Part shown: positions 1 to 11,062 of the stretch, in pieces
Layout of the letters: each line of letters opens with the position of its first letter
Numbering within the stretch: the first letter of the stretch is position 1
DNA from: Eukaryota sp. TZLM1-RC
Taxonomy: Eukaryota > Protista > Metamonada: BaSk clade
Reading direction: 5' to 3'
Assembly (NCBI GenBank): GCA_040285825.1
Contig: JAUPSS010000003.1
Span: 1 to 64,000 of the forward strand
Length of the DNA: 64,000 nt
Translations under genes and position numbers: made by a program
The notes under the pieces: generated by a model
The model's database searches: none
The model's input: the letters and a program-made list of their open reading frames with translations, nothing else
Told to the model about the DNA's origin: nothing

Positions 1-2289
1 TAGTTTTAAGACCTGGTCTGAAAGCGCTTATAGGGTCATCATCGCTATTTAGAGTTGCGAAAGGGAGGAGAAAGTAATGAAGCAGAGAGAGACCTTTTAA
101 TTTGTCAACCAGAATGAAGACCAAGAAGGGCGACCATAGAAACACTAAGTGAAACGTTGGTGTGCAGTTCTGCAATTAACTTTTCAAATGATTGATATCT
201 ATGACAGTTTTCTTGCAGGCACCAGATTTGTAATAATATTGGATTAACACTATCTGTGGTTTCTGAAAATGTCATTCTTCATCTACAATGTCGTTTCATC
301 CCTTCCTTCCCATCCACATGCCTCGCTTAGCCATCAGATCATCACCAGTCAACGGTGGGTTGAAACTCTTATTGAGGATATTTCTAAGCTAAGGAGTCTA
401 GTGTTCAAAAGATAGTGCCATGCAATCTCCACAAGTGGTTTCTCAGTGAGAATATCTCATGTTGAAACCATTTCATCTTTAGGCATGCAAATAGGCTTTA
501 ATCCCGTCTCTATCGAAGGTAAAATATTTCTATAGGCCTCCAGGGTTCCACTTTGGCCGTCATTTGTATTCATCCCATCCTTCACGGTTGAGAAATCGAC
601 ACCAAATTGTGACAACTCTTGCGGCGATCTCACTTTTAAACGGAATGTTCCATCTACCTCCACTTTTCCAAAACCAAATGTCCTTTGATTTCAGCCATGT
701 TTTGGTGCAGGCATGACTGATCTCTTTTGCGACGAATGATGAAGCAATTACGTATGTAATAAAGCACCGATAAAGCCTTGCAATGTTTCCATAAAGATAT
801 CAATCTTGTTGCAATGCGGGCTCACATTCTATCAGTTGTTGGATACTGGTAGAGTCTAGGGCGATGGGATTCTGTGATTTTCTATATTGTCGTCAGGTGC
901 AATGGTGTGGTGCCGCTTTCATGCAATTTGCATTCCTGTGCAGTAACAATTTAAGTGATCGCATGGATTCAGCCTAGGGTGGGTGATATCATTTCTTTGT
1001 TTTATGGATTTAAACAAGGCCCGAAAGTTGATCGTCATTGGTCATTATATTTTCATGCATAGATTGGAATAACCACACAGATGTTGTTAGGGTTCGCTAT
1101 TTTCAAACCATCATTCAAAATTATGGATCATAGGGCTAGGCACTCATCGTTCTCCCATGGTGTCAGGACAGAGGCCATTGAAACCTGAGGTTTCGCTTTC
1201 GACTCAATTCACCGGCCTCAGTGCTCACAACGGTTCAATTCTGTGCGACCATTTTGGTGCTGTCGAAATTACCGTGGCTCATACCGACCTTGCGTATTAT
1301 GTGGCAAAATGCTTCTTGTTAGAAATGTTTAGATGATTTCTCCAGAAGTTGGTCAGGTTCTAGTATGGCAGAAATGTTTTCGATTGTTGGTCAAAATAAA
1401 ACTCTGCGTGGAGTGAATTGCCGGAAAGGAGTCGAGACATGTCAATTGCATTATTTTACTCAAGTGTATTCTTGAGAAACGACGAAATACGAAAACTGGA
1501 GATAAAGCTCTTATTTAAATGGTGTTGGAGGGTCAGATCTAAGAGACTGGAACCTAGCAGTGCCGCACTAGTAAATGGTTGTGCTCAAATCAACGATAAC
1601 CAGCATAGTGTTCTAAACCATTAGTTATAAAATGCAAGCTTCGCATCTTTGAAAAGGCACAAGATTCATCCGCTAAGGATATTCTGATTTAAAAGACTTC
1701 GCCATGGTTTTACATGAGACGTTGAGCTTGCATATGGGGTATCTATCATAATGACTACGGCTGTTCTTCTGAAGTAGGGCAAAGTTCCGGATCGTCGTGA
1801 GGATGGGCGCCAAACTCCAATATGGCCGATCAGTCGACTGTACGCCAGTCGTTGTTTTGACCAACCTATTTGTGGCAAAATTAGTGAGTTGCAAAAATGT
1901 TGCATTATTTGGTTGAATTGGCACTTGGATTATGAAGTAAAAACTTGGCTTATTCAAAATTGAAAATCCTGCTCTCGGAAATTTTTTAAAAAGCTATTCG
2001 CAATAGTTCTGCTGCTGCTTTTTGTTACTCAAAAACCTTTTATTTATGAACTAACAAACAAAAGAATGGCTTTTTGAACATGCGTTTTTCGTTGTTTTTA
2101 TAATAACAAATTTATTCAATTATTTACTATGTAAATATGTTGGCTTCCTCAGGCTTATATCATATGAAAAAATCAGACTTTTTATTGCATTAGACTTTTA
2201 GGCAGCAATAATTTTTGAGCCATTTTAAAGTCAAGGTATATCACAAATAACCTCAGCATTTATCACCAGCAAAAAAAACCAGCCAGCCA

Positions 2290-4130
2290 GTTATCTTTTG
2301 AACATTTCGAGACATCTCAGGGAAAGATACCTCTGACCTCACTCATTCACCTCACATGCTGCATCAGCAGAGTACACACCATACAACATACACAAGTAAG
2401 GATAACCGAGGCAACTGGACCCGGCCTCCACCTCCTCCTTAGCAGAAAATACGAATGAGAGGGCGGGTCTCTCATTCCACAAAGAACGAGGTAACGAGAG
2501 ACGGACACCGGCTCCTTCTCCCCTCGAGAAAAGAGATTTGTCAACAAAAGGCAACGATAACGGACCCGGCTCCTGTCCCCTTCAAATATAGAATCTGTCA
2601 TAAAGGTAACGATATAAATCCCCACCTTAGACACGTCTTCACTAGAAGAATACAAAGAACTCCAATCTCAACTAGATGATATGGAAAGGGAAGACTGACC
2701 CATCAAAGGGTTGTATAACCTTCTGAAAAAGGACACGGAAGCTTCCCTTGAACCAACAGACTTCTGTTTATTCGAGCGAGTTCCCTCATCTGTGGAGGTT
2801 CATTAAAAGAGGCAAAAACGTAGGTTTCCAGATCCTCGGTATGGTTGGGGATGGACAAAGGGTAATTTAAAAACCCCTTAAATACGTGAAATGAGCTCAT
2901 CAAAACTCTAGACAATTTGAGCAGAGAAACTTTCCGGACGTAACTCGCAGGGCGCCAGTCCCAAACTCTCAGGTATGGATAAGAGAAACAAAGAGATCAT
3001 GGCCTTTCCTACCAAAGATAGAATGGATTGGAAGGGCCCCTCTTTTGAGATCAATGTGATAGGAAAATGAAAATAATTTCCATTGAGCAGAGAAGTAGGA
3101 CCGACTCGGAAGACATCCTACAATATAAACTTCCCTGCGTGGTTCGATCCCAGATTTGATACTGAAATCCACAGGTATACGGAACTGACGAGGGAGCTCC
3201 CATATTTTAGGCAATTTATGGAGCAAGAATACAGTAGTGAACCGGACAAGCTCGAACCTATAACACCCTGGTTCGATGCAGACTCCTTAAAATAACATAC
3301 ATACGGAACGATCATCGGTATCCACTGTAGGAGTTGTCCACATAACAATATTCAACAACATGGCAACTCCTTGACTAAACAACGAGACTTTAGAGCAATG
3401 GTAGACGGGGAGATCCATCTACACCTCTCCACCTTCCTAAATTACCATTTGTGGATCCTATTATATCAGAGAAAAAGCCAACCTCTACAAGTTTGGTCGA
3501 TTAACAGCATACCAGATCATGTTCCAACAGTAAACGTCCCTGAACTTGTAGAGAGACGAAACGCTGTTCAACAAAAAGAACCAACTTCCACTCAACCTAT
3601 GACGGGCGACATTCGAGAAGACATTGAGCTAAACGGGGCAGCTGTTGGAGAAACGGCTCCCCTCAGCCTCCTGAAAGAACTTTTTGACAGATCTATGCGT
3701 CTCGAGGACTTCAATCCTCTAGCACAGCTTTAGATATGAGCATAGCTAGCATTCTCCATAAACAAATTGATCCACATTCAAAAGATAGCAACTACAAAGA
3801 CCTCCACTTATCCGCAGAAGACCCAATCAACAAAAGGTCGATCATAGCGTTTTCTACTAAAAATTTTAGACTTGGGATAAATACAGGCGAAAGATAACTA
3901 ATAGAAGTTTTGAAGCCCCAGGACAGTCAGATTGGACAAGGGCCTACCTCATAGCCACCCAGCTATTTGGAGAAGGCCAGACAGAACTTACACCGGAAAG
4001 AGTTAGAGACCCTCATTCCCCATATACGAGACAAGATCAACAGAGACTGGGGATGCAACTTCAGAATTTGCACCAGCCAAAAAGGGAAAACAAGGACTGT
4101 TTTTGCAGCTCCATAACGACCACGTAAGCA
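2290..4130 (+). other. Degenerate GC-richer long ORF, candidate endogenous RNA-virus (RdRp-containing) fragment
   Basis: ORF pieces 3083-3295 and 3371-3733 are in one frame and separated by a single stop. Composition is purine-rich and unlike the host. The 3' end reads ...NRDWGCNFRICTSQKGKTRTVFAAP, resembling RdRp motif F. It is cut off by a CRE fragment. Confidence 0.35.
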
Positions 4131-4134
4131 CAAC

Positions 4135-5100
4135 TTTCGGATAACTTTTGATTTTTAGTTTTTCATTTCCAAAATAAAACATTTTTGTTTTTCTTGCAAA
4201 ATGTTTTTAGGAGGATGAAATATTCCACTTATTGTATGTTAATTCAAAAAGTAAAGTACGCACTTCAATGAAAAAGGAATTGTACTGGCGGGATTAATAC
4301 CCCTGGAATCTAAATTGGTGGTCGAAATGTGTCAGCAGCTTCACAATTGGTAAAATACCAAAGTTTTCCACCATTCTTGATTCTGTAATGGCTTTTTGCA
4401 GAATGGACAACAAAGATTATTATTTTCAAAAAGGGAAGGTCAGTGAGCATTGGGAGCATTTAAAGGAAAAGGTCAGCGGGTTCGCTACTTTCAGCTCAAT
4501 TCAAATCAACATTGACTGGAACGGAACACTGCAGAGTTTTTCAGTAGAATTTAATTCAATTTCTTTTTTTTAGGGTTTGTTCTCGAATTATGACCGCTGA
4601 TACCACAAATTGAACATTTTATAGAACTTTTTAAACATGTTGGTTTGACGCAAAAATTTAAAGGAAACATGTTTTGCAAATTTTTTAGTAGTTGACTCGT
4701 TTTTGAACAGGAAAACGAAAAGACAACATGCGAGCCATTTTTATTATTTGGAACAGTTTTTTGCACTTCTTCCGATTTCCCATGGTGAAAACAGTTTAAT
4801 AGACTTAAAATTATTGACTGAACGTGCAAGAGAACGTAGAGAACGTAATTGTGATTTACAAGAGTGGAATAGGTGCCAATTCTGAAATTTTTGGAAATTT
4901 TTGTAGAAATTTTTGAAGAGAGATTAGGGTGTGCATTATTAGAGATGATGAAAAAGAATAAGGGAAGAAGTGAAGCGGACGTAGAAAGATTCACGAAGGT
5001 ATCATCTGGTGTCCTTCTTTCAACAAATTTAGCATCCCAATTAGTGTCTCTTTGCCACTATCAGAACTCATCAAGGAGCGTGTAACAGCTTAAAAAGAAA
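4135..5100 (-). mobile_element. 5' fragment of CRE-like non-LTR retrotransposon
   Basis: Zn knuckle KCSICGISGHNSRT and a downstream CCPFCKK segment match 11430-11700 by eye at DNA level. The motif ttacgttctctacgttctcttgcacgttc matches 11250-11280. Confidence 0.75.
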
Positions 5101-5389
5101 CAGAGACTGATATGAAGTTGAATGTTGAAGTATGAGGAAAATAGTTTCCATTTTTGGTTTACCTTTCATGTAAATATGATTGAGATCATAACCCTTCAAT
5201 ATTTGTAGTATGAATTAGCTGTTGCTTCTTCTTGTAAAGATTGTTGATTAAGGAGGTTATTGGTATCGATTAATGGACTGAAATCTCCATAAAATTTAAC
5301 TTTTAAAACTGGTGAATTTATATTAATTTTATCATTGCGTTGCAGAGCCAACCTGTTAAGATACAGGGTGGCTTTCAATCCTTCTTCTT

Positions 5390-6326
5390 ATGTCCCAGAG
5401 GAAATACGATGCAAACTCTTGTATTTTTGTTGCCAACATAGCTGAATCTCCCAAAATTGAAGAGGATCTTCGTGCAACCTTTGTGCCTTTTGGTCCAATT
5501 GAGCGCGTCCGTATTATCGCGGATAAGTCTGGTGCTTTTTATGCTTTTATCCAGTACAATGATCCTCAACACGCTAAAAACGCATTGTCCCACTCTCAAA
5601 ACTTGTATCTCTATGGCAGGTCTCTTCGATGCGAGCCTGCACAGACTAATACGACATTATTTATGTATGATCTATATCCATGAGCTAATCTCATTGCAAA
5701 GGATTGGTCGTCAAACCAGTCAAGAAGATATAAGAATCATTTTTCTCCCCCTTTGGACCGATCGAGAAAATAACGATAGTACGCGACAATATGACTCAGT
5801 TGAGCAAAGGCTGTGGTTTTTGTCAAGTACTCCTTTAGAAGGACGCAATAAGGGCACTCACTAATGTCCGGAAGTCTAAAAATCATGGGTGGTCGAGTGG
5901 AGTAACACTGCTCACAATGCTCGCAATTCACCAAGCAAGCAAAGTCCCTACTCCCCCTTGAGTGCTAGTCCCAATGTACATTCCTCGCTTTTTCTGGGAT
6001 TATTATAAAAAGGAAGCAGACTGTTTAGATGATATCGATTCTTTGAGTAAGTCGCCACCACCACTGCGACGGACAACATCTTTACAATTTATCCATCACT
6101 TTCACAACCTCACATGCTCGGAACTGAACCTTCATCTGCTCCTACATGTACGAACAGAGTCTTGACTGATCGAGACACTAATTGTGATGGATTGTTTAAA
6201 CTCACCGGATTAGAATTGTCTGGTGAAGATGATTCTTCCTCTACTGACAGTTCAATTAATGATGTAGACACTCCAGTAATTGATTTGGAATCTTCTTTGA
6301 AATTTCTACCTAACCATTTTAGTTAA
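5390..6326 (+). CDS. Two-RRM RNA-binding protein (short intron from 5665; frameshifts probably sequencing errors)
   Basis: RRM1 has RNP2 IFVANI and RNP1 FYAFIQY. RRM2 pieces read IGRQTSQEDIR..PFGPIEKITIVRDNMTQLSKGCGF. A GTATGA donor at 5665 is followed by a GCTAAT branch-like motif. Confidence 0.75.
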
Positions 6327-6637
6327 GAATTTGTGTATAGATTTTTTTATTTTTGTAAATATTTAAATATTTGTTTTTCAGTTTTCATTAATCATCAATG
6401 CTATATTACCAAAAAACGTTAGTTTTTGTTGGTACACTGAATAGTCTGGTTTTTCATTTACTGAAGTCAAAATGAAAAAGAGTTTCTCGACCAACTCCGC
6501 TGTGTCATGCGTCATGGCCGTTGTTATTGAAATTGTTTACTAGTCGCGAGGGACAAACTGTCCTCTTCATCCCCTCAAAAATCTCTAATCAATTATCATT
6601 TTTATTAATAACATGATCGACCTAGATAATTACAAAG

Positions 6638-8474
6638 CTAGATTTGAACTATTCAAAAAGTTTAACAGAGTCTTTCCTAAAAATGTCAACAGTACTATTA
6701 ACTACAACTAACCCCAAGTATACTTAACCATCCAATCAATCAAATCATCATTGACTTCAAAAGAACTAATTTCGATAGGAACTGCAACGGGTAAAAGACC
6801 AGTAATAGTAAAGTTCCTTATAAACTGCCTTAGCACTTTGGGACTAGGGGTGTGTTCATCAGCTCGGGAAATGGTTTTCAAAGATCCCCCAAAGTGGCAA
6901 TTAACTTTGAAATAGTAGTGAATGAATGTCCATTGATGATATTTTCAATGGTTTAAAATAAACTGAAAGATTCAGCTTCAAAAATCTTTTTTTCAAATTA
7001 CTTTCAAGATTGGAGAAATCATCTTCGGACACCAATAAAGAATAAATGAAATGATCGAGTGAAAGAATACTGATGGTGAACAATATTGCTGAAAAATTTT
7101 TAACAAAAGTCCAAGTAGGTCAAAATTGTTGATTGAAACGCTCAGAAAGCGTGGACTTGATAAAAATTTGAATAAATCAAGATACTTTGAAGCGACAACA
7201 TGATGCAAATTCTTTAAAAAGGAGATATATTGTGTAAAAACAACTAAGAATCCCTTACATAGCTCAAAAATTCTTTAAATTTCCTGCAATTAACTTATGT
7301 AAAACTAAAAGAAACAAATCCCCAAGAACTCCAGAAATATTTGGCAACTCTGGAATTTTTTTAATGGACTTGAAAGGGAGAGTACTTAAAAGCAACAGAA
7401 AAAAATTCCTATCATGGCTTAATAAAGGAAAAATGTAAACAAATAACCAATGATTTTTGAAGTAACTTATCATTGTCCAAATCAGGACAATATTAGACAG
7501 GGGCAATAAAAGTGACTCCAAAGCGACTGTTGAAGTAATAAAAGAAAAAAACTCCTGATGAATATAGGCAATTTTTAGGAACAATAAAAGGGCCTCTTGG
7601 TCCAGAACAACATCAATTGATTCATCAAGGGTTTCCGATTTTTGTGACGACTGGGTTGCTAAAAAGTGTTAAAAACCCCGACAACAGAAACGAAAAGTCA
7701 TGAGGTTGAATTGACTTGATACAAGAGGTGAATGCGGTTTCCTCAAAGTCAAGTAAAATCAAAAAGTAATTGGATTGAAACTTCAAATACTGCTGGTTTA
7801 TAATCTTTAGCAAAAAGTACTAAAAATTTTTAAATTTTTGATCCCCTTTTGAAGTTAATAACAGTATTAAATAATGAACAGATGAAAACATTAATCAAAT
7901 TATGCTGAGAATTCTTGAAAGAGTCCAAATAAAATAGATTATCTGGCTGATAAGAGTAGACAAGACAAGAAAGAAGAATGCAACGAAGGACAACACCCGG
8001 TTAAGGTCAGTGAAAGAAGGGTGAGACACCGGATTTGAAGACCACAAGCCTGTGGACCATATCAGATCTGCAAAGACGTCAAGCCTGGCAGAGGATGAAA
8101 CAGTAAACCCAGGATGAAAGCAAAGAGATAAAAGGAGGTCGGTAAAAGAAGGTGTTTCGAAAGATAATGCATGTAGAAATGGAACGAAACTGGTTAGGAA
8201 GCGGAGGATGCCTAGAGCCTGTTTGGTAGGAAACGGTGAGATAGACTGATAAGATGACAATTCTTGGTGGCATCTTGTGAGTAATGTGTGGATATTGGAT
8301 GGTAGATTAGAAACAATATATGAAACATCTAGAGACTCAATAAGCCCATGGAAGTCCTCAACTTCAGAAAAAAGGTCAAAGATAGACGCCCAAAACAGTT
8401 CCTCGGTCTCAGAAACTGTTTCCTTTGAGAAACCGTTCCAAAGGAAGAGAGGACGTGGAGTTGGTGTTTCCCAT
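6638..8474 (-). CDS. HID1: HID1 (HID-1/dymeclin family Golgi protein), frameshifted in this assembly
   Basis: N-terminus MGNTNS is a myristoylation-type start, followed by FWASIF...PSNIHTLL. C-terminus TITGLLPVAVPIEI...WMVKYTWG..VVNSTVDIFRKDSVKLFE matches the HID1 C-terminal GLLPVPHPI...WG...VKLF pattern. Confidence 0.8.
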
Positions 8475-8885
8475 TCTTTACAATAAGGGGAAACAATATA
8501 AATTTTGTTCCAAAAATCAACTGAGGATCGCTTTTTTTGAGTGGGTTGTGAGTACAAACTTTTTACTCACTCAGCTTTCCTCACCCCACAAAACGCTCTT
8601 TCACAAATTATAAATAGCCTTTATTGACAAAGAAGTAGGGCTAAACCCGTCTGTAGTTCTATATCAGTTCGTCTTGTACACAATAAGATCAACCTTAGCT
8701 TCTTTTGTAACAGAAGAGATATGATGTCATCACAACAACTTCATAAGCAGAGACCTTATACGTCTTACATCAACCTGCTTTCTTTTTGGGACAGAATGTC
8801 TATATCAATAAACTTTTGTAGTATTGAGCTTTTTTTATTGCCATAACATTTAACAAAACTAACAAACAGACAGTCACTATTATTT

Positions 8886-9965
8886 ATGGGGTATACATAC
8901 GACATGTTGTTGTCTTCACAAGAGCTTGCGTCCTTAAGGGTCCATGCATCTGAGGACACTAAGGTTAGGGCCTGTTATACCTATATGTTTTCTTAACAAA
9001 CCACAAACTTATATAGCTCAATACTTCTGCATTTCACAGTCAACTCTTAGTCGCTGGTTACAGGCTGCTTTTTAACAAATCAATCAAATGAAACTCCAAA
9101 TTCACGCCTAATGTTGTCAACTGCAGAGGTATCCTTTATTGTTTCTTTGGTCAAAGAAGACCCTTTGCTTTACCTTAGGGAAATTAAGCAAGCCCTTTAT
9201 GAGACATTGTGGTCGTAAATGTTCAATAAGTACGATTCACCGCACACTTATCAGCAATGGCTTTTCACGAAAAAGATGTAGATCCATGATAAGAAAAGGC
9301 TAAGGTAACACTTATTTTTAGCTTTTTGAAAAAAACAGCTTTCCATTAATTTAGGTATAGTTTTGACATATCAATTAGTGTTTGTAGATGAAATTAGCTT
9401 TAGAAAAGAACATTTCACTAGATTATATGGAAGAAGCCCAAAGAACGAACCTGTTGCGGCTGAAAATGGATTGATTAATGTCGACCAAATCTCCTTGGCA
9501 GTTGCAATTGACCAGAATGGCTATTTGTTTCATCATTTGCAGGAAGGACAATTTTTTTCGTTTAGAATACATTAGTTTTTCTAAAAAGACATTCTGCGTT
9601 TAGGATTTTTGAGAACAAACACTAGCAGCCGAAGTGTATTAATTGTTGATGGATGTAGAATTCATCTGTCACCCTTTATAACCGCTGCTTTGAACAAAAT
9701 GGGCATTTTTATATCGTATTACCACCATATTGCCCTAGAATCAAATCCTATTGAGGCGTACTTTTCGGTTTTAAGAAAAAAATATTCGTGATGCTTCTCA
9801 CCAAATCAAAGGCAAAAAAGTTCCATTGAGATTATTCAAACAGTTTTACCACAGCTTAAGTTCGATTGTACTGCTCTCTTCAATCATAGTGGGTGGATTG
9901 ATTATCAACTGTATGAGTCTCCATATTTATCTGAGAATATGTCTGAGTATATATTAGACCATTAG
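8886..9965 (+). mobile_element. IS630/Tc1-mariner superfamily DD34E transposase
   Basis: HTH region IAQYFCISQSTLSRW, then LYLREIK and STIHRTL. Catalytic VFVDE, LIVDGCRIH and PPYCPESNPIE (frameshift-corrected), with 34 residues between the second D and E. A TIR pair was not found. Confidence 0.85.
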
Positions 9966-9988
9966 TTCAAAAATAAAATTGTTTATCA

Positions 9989-11011
9989 TTAGGGAAATAA
10001 CTGTCGCTGTGCAAGACCTGCATTCACTATTTCTTCGTTAGAACTATTTGATTGTGTTGCAGGCGGAGAACAAAAATCGTTTTCTACTCTTGGCATTCTG
10101 AAAAAAGGAGCATGGGGGTCATCAGCATCATCAACCTGATCTAAAGGCACGCTCAGCAAGTGGTATAAGTCTTGCACGACATGGAGATCTTCTTTTAAGA
10201 GACTGACAAAAGCCTGCAACTTTTTTAAACAATATAGTTCTTTGAACTTCCTCAAAACGGTTTCTCTTAGCATCAATCCGAAGTAGTTCACGTGATAACA
10301 TTTGTGCGACAGCATTTCAAAGTTTTTCATCTTCGTCATCACTTTCGGGTTGATTGACAGAATTGAAAAAAATCGAGATAAATCGGTAGGTATAATAGTA
10401 GAAGAAGCCTCACGCTTCTCCACAAGAGAGGCCCTGTATTTCCAAATGGCTAATGGAGCCGATACACCTGCGTTGAGCTCTTTCAAGTCTTCAACTGGCA
10501 TTTGGATAACCTCTTGTTGTACCTGCTCTTGCTGCCACATTTTTGTAGGTCTCCTTGTCCACATCAATGGGGTTGACCTTGATTGTAAAGGCTACACCCT
10601 CCCCACTGTGCGCAGAAATCCATCCAGCTATCGTGGAGGTTACTCCTGGACGAAACTGGCTGCCGGTTGACTTGTATTTGACTTCAAGTTGCCAGTCACT
10701 GTTAAACTTCTTTTTCTTTGCAGACAATTGGGAGTGGAAAAAAATTGATGAGCAGCTTCCTGAAGTTCTACTGCGGTAAAGCAGTTGTCATAATAAAGAG
10801 ATATTTCCTGTTGAAAGAAGGCACGGGCACCTTTGTACAGTTGTAGCATCAGTTGTACCTTGATGGAGGATGCATTGGCTTTACTGAGGAAAGAAAACAT
10901 AAATTTATTGAGTGAGTGAAAAGACAAGCAATGTGTTGATAATTCATTTGAATTGAAAATCACATAATCATTTTTTTCTTTTTTTCTCCCTCCCTTAGTC
11001 AACCCTTTCAT
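9989..11011 (-). CDS. Orphan ~330-aa protein convergent with the IS630/Tc1 transposase (frameshifted)
   Basis: Overlapping ORFs 10640-11011, 10491-10727 and 9989-10567 chain into one product across 1-nt shifts. No domain recognised. Confidence 0.45.
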
Positions 11012-11062
11012 ATTTCACTTTCTGTCAAAGCGTCAAAGTCGTACTGTTTCTCTGTCAAAACG

